A program made the position numbers and the translations under genes. Below the pieces are notes generated by a model. It searched no databases. It was not told the DNA's origin and saw nothing but the letters and a program-made list of their open reading frames with translations. Source: Squalus acanthias (Eukaryota). Taken from it: a stretch of DNA of 64,000 nucleotides. Shown here one piece after another: positions 46,111-57,603 of this stretch. Position 1 is the first letter of the stretch. Every line of letters starts with the position of its first letter. Location: contig CM059431.1 in NCBI GenBank assembly GCA_030390025.1, positions 123,134,001 through 123,198,000 on the forward strand. The letters run 5' to 3'.

Positions 46111-48891
46111 AGCATCAGGAACAAGGTAGATGAATTAGCTGTGGAAATAGAGGTTAATAATTATGATCTAATTGGGATTACGGAAACATGGTTGCAGGGT
46201 GAGCAGGGCTGGGAGCTTAACATACAGGGGTATTCAGTATTTAGGAAGGATCGACAAAAAAGAAAGGGAGGAGGGGTAGCATTGCTGGTAAAAGAAGGGA
46301 TAAATGCAATTGAAAGGAAGGATATTAACTCAGTTAATACAGAATCTATATGGGTGGAGCTAAGAAATAGCGAGGGGCGAAAAACATTAATAGGAGTGGT
46401 ATATAGGCCTCCAAATAGTAAAATAGAGGTTGGGGAGGGCATCACGAGGGAAATTAGAGAAGCGTGCAATAAGAGCACAGCTGTCATCATAGGTGACTTT
46501 AACTTACATATAGATTGGAATAGCCTAATCAGTAAAAATAATGAGGAGGAGAAATTCCTTGAGTGTTTAAGGGATGGTTATCTGGATCAATATGTCGAGG
46601 AACCAACTCGGGAACAGGCTATATTGGACTGGGTACTGTGCAATGAGAAGGGACTAATTAGTAATCTTGTTGTACGGGGACCCTTGGGTCAGAGCGATCA
46701 TAACATGATCGATTTCTCACTCGAAATGGAGAGCGAAGAAATTGACTCAGAGACTAAGGTCCTGAATTTAAACAAGGGGAATTATGATGCCATTAGACGG
46801 GAACTGAGTAGGTCTGATTGGACAACGTTCCTGGGAGGACTGGAGGTAGATAAACAATGGCAAGCATTTAAAGATAGAATGACAAAATTGCAAAAATTGT
46901 TCATACCAATCTGGCATAAAAGGAAATCTAAAAAGGTGACTCAACCGTGGATAACAGGGGAAATTAGAGACAGCATAAAATCCAAAGATAGGGCGTATAA
47001 AATAGCCAAAAAAAGCGCCAGAGCGGAAGATTGGGAACAGTTTAAGATAGAGCAAAGGAGGACAAAGGGCTTAATCAAGAGGGGCAAAATAGCTTACGAA
47101 AGCAAGCTGGCGGAAAATATAAAAACTAACTCCAAAAGCTTTTATAAGTATATCAAGAGGAAAAGACTGGTGAAAACCAAAGTTGGCCCATTGCAGTCAG
47201 ATACGGGGGAATATATAACGGGAAATAAGGAAATGGCAGACCAACTAAATGCATACTTTGGGTCAGTCTTTACGAAGGAAGACACAAAAAACCTCCCTGG
47301 GATATCGGGAAAAATAGGGACATTTGCAAAGGAGGAACTGACGCAAATCAATATCTCTAAGGATATGGTGTTAAGGAAGCTAAAGGGATTGAAGGCGGAC
47401 AAATCCCCAGGGCCTGATAACATGCATCCTAGGGTGCTGAAGGAGGTGGCCCTAGAGATAGCGGATGCACTAAGTATGATTTTTCAGAATTCATTAGACT
47501 CGGGAACAGTGCCCATGGATTGGAGGGTAGCTAACGTTACCCCACTATTCAAAAAGGGGGGTAGGGAAAAAGCAGGTAATTACAGACCTGTAAGCCTTAC
47601 ATCAGTTGTGGGCAAAATGCTGGAGTCCATCATTAAGGATGAAATAGCGGAGCACTTAGCAAATGGGGACAGGATAGGACAGAGTCAACATGGATTTACA
47701 AAGGGTAAATCGTGCTTGACTAATCTATTGGAATTTTTTGAGGGAGTAACTGGTAAAATAGATGGGGGAGAGCCAGTAGATGTGGTGTACCTGGACTTCC
47801 AAAAGGCCTTCGATAAGGTCCCACATAAAAGATTAGCAGGGAAAATTGAAGCTCATGGGATAAAGGGGAAAGTATTGACGTGGATAGAGAACTGGCTGTC
47901 AGATAGAAAACAGAGAGTTGGAATAAACGGCTCATTTTCTGAATGGCAGGCAGTAACAAGTGGGGTACCGCAGGGATCTGTCCTGGGTCCCCAGCTGTTC
48001 ACAATTTACATTAATGACCTGGATCAGGGAGTCGGATGCAGCATTTCCAAATTTGCAGACGACACTAAACTAGGAGGGGGGGTGGGCTCAGAGGAGGAGA
48101 CCAGGAAGCTCCAGAGCGATTTGGACAGACTGGGTGATTGGGCGGATAAATGGCAGATGCACTATAATGTGGACAAGTGCGAAGTTATCCACCTTGGGTG
48201 CAGGAACGGGAGGGCAAATTATTATTTAAATGGCAATAAATTGGGAGAGGGGGAAGTACAGAGAGACCTGGGTGTTCTTGTACACCAGTCACTGAAGGCG
48301 AGCATGCAGGTGCAACAGGCGGTCAAGAAGGCAAACGGTATGCTGGCCTTCATAGCAAAAGGGTTGGAATACAGGAACAGGGATACCTTGCTGCAGCTGT
48401 ACAGGGCACTGGTGAGACCACACCTCGAGTACTGTGTACAGTTTTGGTCGCCTCATCTGAGGAAAGATGTTCTTGCCATGGAGGGGGTGCAGCGGCGATT
48501 CACCAGGCTGATACCAGGAATGGCGGGATTGACCTATGAGGAGAGACTATGTAGTTTAGGGATGTACACACTGGAGTTTAGAAGATTGAGAGGGGACCTC
48601 ATAGAAGTGTATAAAATTCTGACAGGTCTAGACAGACTAGATGCAGAAGGAATGTTTCCCTTGGCGGGTGAGAACAGAACTAGAGGACATAATTTAAGGA
48701 TAAGGGCTAAACCATTTAGGACAGAAATGAGGGGGAATTTCTTCACTCAGAGGGTGGTGAACCTGTGGAACTCATTGCCACAGAGGGCAGTGTACGCCAG
48801 CTCATTAAATATATTTAAGAGGGAATTAGATATATTTCTACAGGCAAAAGGGGTTAAGGGTTACGGAGAGAAGGCGGGGACGGGATACTGA
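46111..48891 (+). CDS. CR1 ORF2 (APE endonuclease plus reverse transcriptase), open but missing the extreme N-terminus
   Basis: SIRNK..GITETW, GVVYRPP, IIGDFN, LDWVL, SDH; NYRPVSLTS, YLDFQKAFD, GVPQGSVLGP, KFADDTKL, RPHLEYC. Confidence 0.93.
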   Translation, partial: SIRNKVDELAVEIEVNNYDLIGITETWLQGEQGWELNIQGYSVFRKDRQKRKGGGVALLVKEGINAIERKDINSVNTESIWVELRNSEGRKTLIGVVYRPPNSKIEVGEGITREIREACNKSTAVIIGDFNLHIDWNSLISKNNEEEKFLECLRDGYLDQYVEEPTREQAILDWVLCNEKGLISNLVVRGPLGQSDHNMIDFSLEMESEEIDSETKVLNLNKGNYDAIRRELSRSDWTTFLGGLEVDKQWQAFKDRMTKLQKLFIPIWHKRKSKKVTQPWITGEIRDSIKSKDRAYKIAKKSARAEDWEQFKIEQRRTKGLIKRGKIAYESKLAENIKTNSKSFYKYIKRKRLVKTKVGPLQSDTGEYITGNKEMADQLNAYFGSVFTKEDTKNLPGISGKIGTFAKEELTQINISKDMVLRKLKGLKADKSPGPDNMHPRVLKEVALEIADALSMIFQNSLDSGTVPMDWRVANVTPLFKKGGREKAGNYRPVSLTSVVGKMLESIIKDEIAEHLANGDRIGQSQHGFTKGKSCLTNLLEFFEGVTGKIDGGEPVDVVYLDFQKAFDKVPHKRLAGKIEAHGIKGKVLTWIENWLSDRKQRVGINGSFSEWQAVTSGVPQGSVLGPQLFTIYINDLDQGVGCSISKFADDTKLGGGVGSEEETRKLQSDLDRLGDWADKWQMHYNVDKCEVIHLGCRNGRANYYLNGNKLGEGEVQRDLGVLVHQSLKASMQVQQAVKKANGMLAFIAKGLEYRNRDTLLQLYRALVRPHLEYCVQFWSPHLRKDVLAMEGVQRRFTRLIPGMAGLTYEERLCSLGMYTLEFRRLRGDLIEVYKILTGLDRLDAEGMFPLAGENRTRGHNLRIRAKPFRTEMRGNFFTQRVVNLWNSLPQRAVYASSLNIFKRELDIFLQAKGVKGYGEKAGTGY

Positions 48892-48990
48892 ATTGGAGGA
48901 TCAGCCATGATCTCATTAAATGGCGGAGCAGGCTCGAAGGGCCGGATGGCCTACTCCTGCTCCTATCTTCTATGTATCTATGTATCTATG
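46111..48990 (+). mobile_element. Young CR1-type LINE, 5'-truncated at the start of ORF2
   Basis: Stop-free ORF2, 3' UTR and (TATCTATG)n tail; begins AGCATCAGGAACAAG; TAA on both flanks. Confidence 0.95.
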
Positions 48991-49739
48991 TAATCACAAG
49001 GGGAGGAGCTGATTGGTGAGTAGCAGGTGATTTTTTTTAAAGTCTTGATTTTATTTCTGTTAAGTTATTTAATAGTCTATTAAATAGAGGCTTGGCAGGG
49101 CACCTCAGTCCCGTGGAATGCACATCTTGTGCCATGTGGTAACTCCAGAATGCTTCCCGTGTCCTGGACCACCACGTGTGCAGGAAGTGTCATCAGCTGG
49201 AGCAGCTTAAGCTCTGGGGAATACAGCAGAGCCAAGTGAACGGCACCACGGCTGGCTCAGCTGTACAGGGGGCGAGGAGGAAGATCGGCAAAGCAATAGT
49301 GATAAGGGATTCAATAGTTAGGGGAACAGACAGGCGGTTCTGCGGCTGCAGACGTGATTCCAGGATTGTATGTTGCCTCCATGGTGCCAGCGTCAAGGAT
49401 GTCACAGCGGCTGCAGAACATTCTGAGGGGAGAGGGTTAACAGCCAGAAGTTGTGGTCCATATTGGTACCAACAACATAGGTAGAAAGAGAGATGAGGTC
49501 CTGCAGGCAGATTTTAGGGAGCTAGAAAATAGATTAAAAAGCAGGACCTCAAAGGCAGTAGTCTCCAGATTACACCCAGTGCCATGAGCTAGTGAGTATA
49601 GAAATAGAAGGAGAGAGCAGATGAATGCATGGCTGGAGAGATGGTGCAAGAGGGAGGGCTTTAGATTCCTGGGACATTGGGGGAGGTGGGACCTGTACAG
49701 GCCGGATGGGTTGCACCTCAACAGAGCTGGGACCGCATC

Positions 49740-51988
49740 AGCCAAGTAGTTCTCACAACCTGGAGATAATGTCCAAAACACTAAACCAAAGTTTGAACAC
49801 AAACCTCGGCCTTTAATAAAAAATTGACAAACATTTCGTCACACCTCCTACTTTTTGCCCTTCGAGGGTGATCTTCTTCCCTTGCGAACTTCCCCCCTGT
49901 CCCACCCTACTACTCCTCCGTAATGGGGCCCCAGTGGCTGCAGCAAGGCTGGTGGAAGGCTGCTGATTGTCAGAACCTGGGACTGCAGATGCCCTTGAAG
50001 GACGGCCTCGACCAGCTCTGGGCCTGGAGGGCCCGGCTGCAGACTGCACCAACTCTGCATGGGTGGCAGCAGTCTGGGCTACAGGCGGTGGCAAGTGCAA
50101 ATGGGGAAACGACAGTGGTGGCAGCAGGAATGCTGTCATTTTGAGAGAGGACAGCAACTCCCTGCTCGACCGACACACTGGCACTCCCACGGCGCAGCAC
50201 CTCAGCATCCGGAGCAACCTGCTCAAGCACAGATTGCTGGCCTGCTGCGGCGCGGTGAGAGCCCCGGGCAAATGTGTCCGAACCAGCGAGAATGGCAGCA
50301 GTCATGCTTGCGTGGCCTCAATCTGAGTCTGCATGAGAGCAGTCTGAGATGGGTTCACGGCAGCCAGTGACTGAATTGCAGCACTAAGCTTTAGCGTGGC
50401 ATTCGCCTGTGGTACAGCGTAGTGCTCCACACTCCTTGCCAGTGCATCAGTGCATTCGGGCACCCTTCCCACTGCACCCATGAGCTCAGTGTGCATGTTC
50501 ACCGCCTGGGTGTTCATTTCAGCGATGAGCCGCTCCTCCTCTGCGTCCAGTGCAGCAGGACTCGCTGGCCTACTCTCCCTCTGGGGAGAAGGCCCCCGAG
50601 CTTCCCTACCCCCATCGCGTTGCTGCAGCCCGCTGGGTCCTGGAGCTTCACCCTCATCAGACCCTTCCCCCCATCTCCACTCCAGGGAAGACGTGTTCCC
50701 AGTGTGGGCATGGGCTCCCTCGGGAGAGGGTGGCGCTGAGGCTCCGGCTTCCTCTTCCTCCTCGCCTGCAGCTTCACTCCCACTGGCACCTTCAGGGCCC
50801 GTCTCCTCAGCTGGTGAATCACCATCTGAAAGCAGGGAGGTACAAGAGTGGCTTTAGCGTGAGGACAGGGTGGCAGTAAGGGAGGAATGAGTGCAGCAAT
50901 TTAGTAAGTTGGATTGAAAGTGTCAAAGGCTGGTGTTGTGAGGGACAAGTGGAATGAGAGAGGACAAAAAGGTGATGACCTTACCATTGTTGTCCAAAAC
51001 AGGGTCGGCCTCTCCAGGGGCGACAGGACTGATCACCTGGCTTGCCACAATCCTGTGGACGCGCGCCTCAAGATCGCTGAGGGGTTGCAGCTGAGGCCGC
51101 CCTCCACCCGTCCGTTGCTGCTGTCTCCTATTATGAGATAGCTTGGCCTGCAAGAAAAAGGATGGCATCTGAGTAGATATACAACCATGGTCTTGCCTGA
51201 TGTGCCTCTCATAATTGAATAGCCCTTAATGTATGCAGCCATGGTCTTGCCTGATGTGCCTCCCATAGTTGAATAGCCCTTACTGTATGCAAAGTGTGGA
51301 ATGCGCATGTGTGTTTCATGAGAGGACCATAGGTGTTGATGAGTGTTGGGCATTGGGGTTTTAAGACCCTCTGGCCATAGAGTGAGGTTGAGATGGAGGG
51401 ATGGAGAGGTATTGAAAAAAAGCCACTCACCCTGATGACCCGAGTGAGGTCGTTGAACTTTTTGCGACATTGAGTATGGGTCCTGGGCACCATGCTCCTG
51501 GAGGAGACGTGCTGAGCCACCTCCCTCCACACTCTTCTGTAGTCGCGCAGGCAAAGGCCTCCTGCCACTCTCAGGGTAGAGTATAGATCTTCTGCGCTCC
51601 ACCGCGCCAATCTCTCACCCTCTCCATAGTCCTTGGCTGGAAAATGTAGTCACAGGTCTCTCCAGGCCGAGATTCAAGGCTCCAATGAGCAGGGTGTGGC
51701 TGGAGAGCAAGATCGACCCTCCCCTTTAAGAACTGTCCGGCGCCAGTGTGTCTGTGTTCCATCGCTAACTGACATCACCTGCACTGTGCCCGCGCTCTGA
51801 GTTAGCGCCTCGCTCCTCGGCCTTTGCACCTTAAGACATGTGTAGAGTGCCTGATTTAGCGCTCCAATCACCTCCAGGGGCGATAAAAGCCAAGTATGCA
51901 GTCGGAGGCGATAATTAGCGCCAGGCGCTAAACTTTGCGCCCGGCCGATAATCGCACCCCAAACAGGGCGATACTGAATTTCTCCCCC
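49740..51988 (-). mobile_element. Harbinger copy G: Myb gene (ATG 51627, 3 exons, to ~49830) with one intact end; same subfamily as copy C
   Basis: High similarity to 22580-24010; terminus ACTGAATTTCTCCCCC at 51988; other end missing. Confidence 0.88.
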
Positions 51989-54120
51989 AAAATATTTAAT
52001 TGGAGGAAGGCCAATTTCAGTGGGATGAGAATAGATCTGGCCAGGGTAAATTGGAATCAAAGATTGGCAGGCAAAACTGTAATCGAACAAAGGGCTGCCT
52101 TTAAAGAGGAGATGGTTCGGGTACAGTCGAAGTACATTCCCACGAGGGTAGGCTGAAGCAGAAAAAGGGGGCGTATGACAGATGTCAGGTTGAGAATACA
52201 AGTGAGAATCAAGCTGAATATAGAAAGTTCAGGGGGAAGTGAAAAAGAAAATAAGAGGGGCAAAGAGAGAGTATGAGAATAGATTGACAGCTAACATAAA
52301 AGGGAATCCAAAAGTCTTCTATAGGCATATAAATAGTAAATGGTTAGTTAGAGGAGGGGTGCGGTCAATTAGGAACTAAAAAGGAGACCTACGCATGGAG
52401 GCAGAGGGCATGGCTGAGGTACTAAGTGAATACTTAGCAAGGAAGAAGGTGCTGTCAAAGTCATAGTGGAAGTGGAGTTCGTTGAGATACTGGATGGGTT
52501 AAAAATTGATAAGAGGAGGTACTAGAAAGGTTGGCTGTACTTAAAGTAGATAAGTCACCAGGACTGGATGGGTTGCATCCTAGGATGCTGAGGGAAGTAA
52601 AAGTTGAAATTGCGGAGTTACTGGCCATAATCTTCCATACTCCTTCGATACGGATGCCAGAGGACTGTCGTATTGTAAATTTTACACTGCTGTTCAAAAA
52701 AGGGGGTAGAGATAAACCCAGCAACTACAGGCCAGTCAGTTTAAATTCAGTAGTGGGGAAGCTTTCAGAAAAAATAATCCAGAACAAAATTAACAGTCAC
52801 TTAGACAAGTGTGGATTAATTAAGGAAAGCCAGCACGGATTTGTTAAAGGGGAATCATGTTTAACTAACTTGATTGTGTTTTTTGATGAGGTAACAGAAA
52901 GGGTTGATGAGGGCAATGTGGTTGACGTGGTGTACATGGACTTACAAAAGGCGTTTGATAAAGTGCCACATAATAGGCTTGCCAGCAAAGTTGAAGCCCA
53001 TGGAATAAAAGGGACAGTGGCAGCATGGATACGAAATTGGCTAAGTGACAGGAAACAGAGTGTAGTGGTGAACGGTTGTTTTTCGGACTGGAGGAAGGTA
53101 TACAGTGTTGTTCCCCAGGTGTCGGTACTAGGACTACTGCTTTTCTTGATATATATTAATGACTTGGACTTGGGTGTACAGGGCACAATTTCAAAATTTT
53201 CAGATGACACAAAACTTGGAAGTATAGCGAACAATGAGGAGGATAGTGATAGACTTCAAAAGGACATAGACAGGCTGGTGGAATGGACAGACATGTGGCA
53301 GATGAAGTTTAACGCAGAAAAGTGTGAAGTGATACATTTTGGTAGGAAGAACGAGGAGAAGCAATATAAACTAATAGGTACAATTCTAAAGGGGGTGCAG
53401 GAACAGAGAGAACTGCGGGTATATGTGCACAAATCGTTGAAGGTGGCAGGGCAGGTTGAGAAAGCGGTTAAAAAAGCATACGGGATCCTGGGCTTCATAA
53501 ATAGAGGCATAAAGTACAAAAGCAAGGAAGTTATGATGAACCTTTATAAAACACTGGTTCGGCCTCAACTGGAGTATTGTGTTCAATTCTGGGCACCACA
53601 CTTTAGGAAGAATGTGAAGGCCTTAGAGAGGATGCAGAAAAGATTGACAAGAATGGTTCCAAAGATGAGGGACTTCAGTTACGTGGATAGACTGGAGAAG
53701 CTGGGGTTGTTCTCCTTAGAACAGAGAAGTTTGAGAGGAGTTCAAAAAAGATAGAGGTGTTCAAAATCATGAGGGGTCTAGACAGAGTAGATAGAGAGAA
53801 TCTGTTCCCATTGGCAGAAGGGTCAGGAATCAGAGGACACAGAGTTAAGGTGATTGGCAAAAGAACCAAAAGCGACATGAGGAAAAACTTTTTACGCAAC
53901 AGGTGGTTAGGATCTGGAATGCACTCCCTGAGAGGGTGGTGGAGGCAGTTTCAATTGTGGCTTTCAAAAGGGAGTTGGATAAGTACCTGAAGGAAAAAAA
54001 ATGCAGGGCTACGGGGAAAAGGCGGGGTAGTGGAACTAGCTGAACTGCTCTTGCAGAGAGCCGGCACGGGCTCGACGGACTCAATGGCCTCCTTCTGTGC
54101 TGTAACCGTTCTATGATTCT
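51989..54120 (+). mobile_element. CR1-type LINE ORF2 3' two-thirds, decayed, with 3' tail
   Basis: IFNWRKANF, KSPGLDGLHPRML, NYRPVSL, KFSDDTKL, RPQLEYC; TTCTATGATTCT tail. Confidence 0.93.
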
Positions 54121-54933
54121 AACGGTCCTTCTTTACATGTGCATGTTATGGCCCGATGACATCTTTGAGCCCTGACTGCAATTTTAACTCAGGCCTGAGC
54201 AGGGAATCCACCTTGATTTAAAATCGGGATCCTTGGTATTAGAGCAATGAGCTTTGAGGAACAACTTGGTAAGCTCGGGCTTTTCAACTTTGAAAAGAGA
54301 TGTCTCATAGGGGACCTTATTGAGGCATATAATATACTTACTGGGATAGAGAAAGTAAACCAGGAAACTAGAATTAAACTTTCCAGGTAAGAAGCAGCAA
54401 CTACAGAGCATCACTTCATTACATCACCATCACTTCTGTGTGTGATACTGTGTCACAGATCTTTACACAGTTTTCTTGGACTAGTGTCTGCTAATTTGTG
54501 GAGAATCTCTTGGATCAATATTTGTTCAGATGGGGAATTGAGACTTATAAAGACATTAATGCTACTGCTTGACTTTTTTCAGTAAAGATAGGAAAAGGAT
54601 TGTGGTGTTAATGGAAAATCCATAATAAAATAAGAATGCACAGTCTCTGGATGTGATAGGCTGGATGGACGCAATAAGCTTTTCTCACTCTCGACTTTCT
54701 TACGTTATTATGCAATAATGCTGTCACACATGCAGCATAGTTTTAAAGTTGTGAAGGGAAAGTCTAAGAACTATTTCTTTACACAGAGTGTCATCAACAG
54801 CTGAATTCAGTTCAGGATAGATGTGTGAGGCTAGGATACTGGACTCATTTAAGACACAGTTAGATCTTGAAATGGACAGATGATAGGGCTATTAACAATG
54901 AGACCGAATAGGGTTCTTCATCTGAACTTATCT

Positions 54934-54934
<1 letters not shown>

Positions 54935-54968
<34 letters not shown>
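54935..54968. repeat. (TG)n(TA)n microsatellite
   Basis: Direct reading. Confidence 0.9.
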
Positions 54969-57603
54969 TTCTCAGTCAATGATGAGTACTTATTAAAACT
55001 CCATTGTGGGCTGGTGGACCGATAGTCTGGTCACGATCTTCCAGAGAACTGATTGATTACTAGTACCAGTAATAGAAATTGGACCCACTTTGTTTACATC
55101 AAGGCAACAAAGCCTGTTTCACTGTTTTCCTGATAAAATGGAGCATACCATAAGATGTTAGTTGGGAACCCTGGAAATGGACAATTTTGGAAATCAATTG
55201 TTAGGATGAAAATCTTAACTCACTGGTGCACATATACCGAAGTACTTATTATTCATAAGGGTAATGATTTGAGAGGTCCCATGTTACAAGTGAGGCCTTC
55301 CACAGAACAAGCACACATTGGCAATCTTCTGATATGTGTTGGCTGTGTGAAAAGCCACATAAATGGCATCATGGGATCCCACAAAATTTACCCTAAGGTT
55401 TTTTGCCACTAGAGTAATGTTCCTCCTTAAAAACTTTTATGTTTACTTCATTCAGCTGATTAGAATATTTACGATGGGTCAGTAGCCGCTCCCAACCAAT
55501 TTGACATCAGCTGGCAATAAGCAAACAGGAGTCTGGGACATAAGTCTTCATCCAGTGAATATTCTGCTTCCACGTTAATTCTCCTTTCATTTTGTTATAA
55601 AGTAGATATAAAAAAAAATTCAAAGACATTTGGAGGCACTTGTCTCTCTGTTGACTGTGCCCTTCTGTTGACTTGCCACCATACATCAGAGCTACTCAGT
55701 TAATGTCTTGTAGTGCAGGAAGTAGTTGGAAGCACTTATAGTGCAGTTGAAAGTGCCTGAGTGCCATTAATGGTGTGCAGAAACACGATGTGGGAATGAG
55801 AAAGTTAATTTAATCATGGCTAAGGTTGTGCTGAAGGGTTACTCCTGAAACTTTAATCTATCTTTATCGGATACTGATTGATCCACTGTGATTTTAGTCA
55901 TGCAATTTATAGCAAAGCCACATTGTAAATGGAAAAAAAAATTATTCAATTAAAATTGCACAGTGCTTTGAGGTATTTGAAATTAAAAACTGCTCTACTT
56001 TACCTCAAATATTGCATGCTATTGTGCATAATTCAGTTTATAGCATCTTTTTTGTCTAAAGCCGAGACTTTTGAGGACTGCGGTCACTTTTCTGTATCCC
56101 CCTAAAAAAACAAATATTTTACATCTTATTTTAAATATCTTTGCTGGGAATTTGCTCAGGGATTCTTCCGATTGACTGCCGAAGGTCATTAGAAACCCCA
56201 GATACACGGTGTAAGAATATTTTAAAGTGGTTTAAATAGTCAAGTATCCCAACAGGCTTTGCATTAACATTTTAGCCAGACAGCAATGTGGAGGAAAAGG
56301 GTGGGATTGAATCTTGTTCTTAGTGCTTGTGAACAAAGGAAGCTTAGAGACAGTGAATGCTGAAGTTCCCTTTAGCTGTAACTCCCAGGTCAAGAGGTGA
56401 CCCTTACCTAGATAAGAAAGCTTGTTGCTAGGAGACCCACATTCCCAACATGGGAAACTGCTTTCGCTTGTAGCATTTTGACGGCCTTAAATAACTCGTA
56501 CTTTGATAGCCTAGTCTTACGCCTAAGCCAGCTGAATAGTACAAAGAGAGAGCGTTCTCCCTTTGAAAGCGAAAGCTGATAAAGCTGCCATGGTTACTGT
56601 CACAACAAAAGGGTTGTTAGTCCTTCAACAATAACTTGCGTGTGATTCAGGCTCAAGTGGTTTATTCAACACAAGTTTTAATATATATATTGACTAATAA
56701 CTGTATTGTACTTATACAACTGTTCTACAGTATTAAATGCCAAGCAAAAAAATGACATGCAAGTAATCGAACCTGGTTCCTATACTCCAGAGTGAGCAGT
56801 TCCGACTCTCGAGGCTGTCGGTTTGGCTCTGGACTCCAACTGTCCCGAGAATTCTAACTCTCAAAAGGTGCAAGCTCTATCTTTATACTATTCAGTTGCC
56901 TTAGGCTGCCCAAACTCATCCCCTGTTTTTATCTTCTCGTCATAATTTTTCACATCATTCTAACTCTGCTTTAGCGGACTATGGGATGGTGGTGGCTTCA
57001 TTCTCTTATCTTAGCTGGAGACACAGGGGGGGGCGATTTTCCCTGGATACTTTAGATGCTAAAGCGCATCTGAGGTGGCCAAGATGAGGTCTTGAACTGC
57101 AACGCCGGTTTAGCCTGCTTTTAGCGCAAGACACCATCTTTGTAAAGGAGTTGAAGCGTGCACTAGGTACAGCCGCTCCAAGGATCGTTAAGGCTCCAAT
57201 TGACAAATAAATTGCCTGCTAGCGTTCACTAACAAGGCTGCAAGCTATTTTGCTGGCTACTGCTGCAATTAACAACCTCTCCTAACAGCAACTGGTTGAA
57301 CAGGAGTAAATAAATCGTTGCTGAGGATTTTGAGCGCTACTTAAATGCACGCTCAGCTTTCACTGTTCACTTGCTGCTGGAGATGGACTGACTACACTGC
57401 ATTTGAAGAGGACTTTTGAGACACATCGGGACACTTTTTGGGACACTTTGTCAAGAGTTTACCAACACTCAACATTTTCCCAGAAACTCTCTGAGGATTT
57501 TACCTAAAGAGAGTGAGTGCTGCACTACTCTACCTTATTGGAGACCTTATAGAGGTCACCAGGAGAACAGGAGTGCTTGGTGATGGGGATCTTGCTTGGG
57601 GTC

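Larger units (their letters stand above)
45975..49735 (+). mobile_element. Older CR1 5' UTR and decayed ORF1 (zinc finger plus SGNH esterase, ~49090-49735), interrupted by a younger CR1
   Basis: VECTSCAMW..VCRKCHQL; AIVIRDSIVRGTDRRFCG, VCCLHGA, VVVHIGTNNIG, DGLHLN. Confidence 0.8.
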
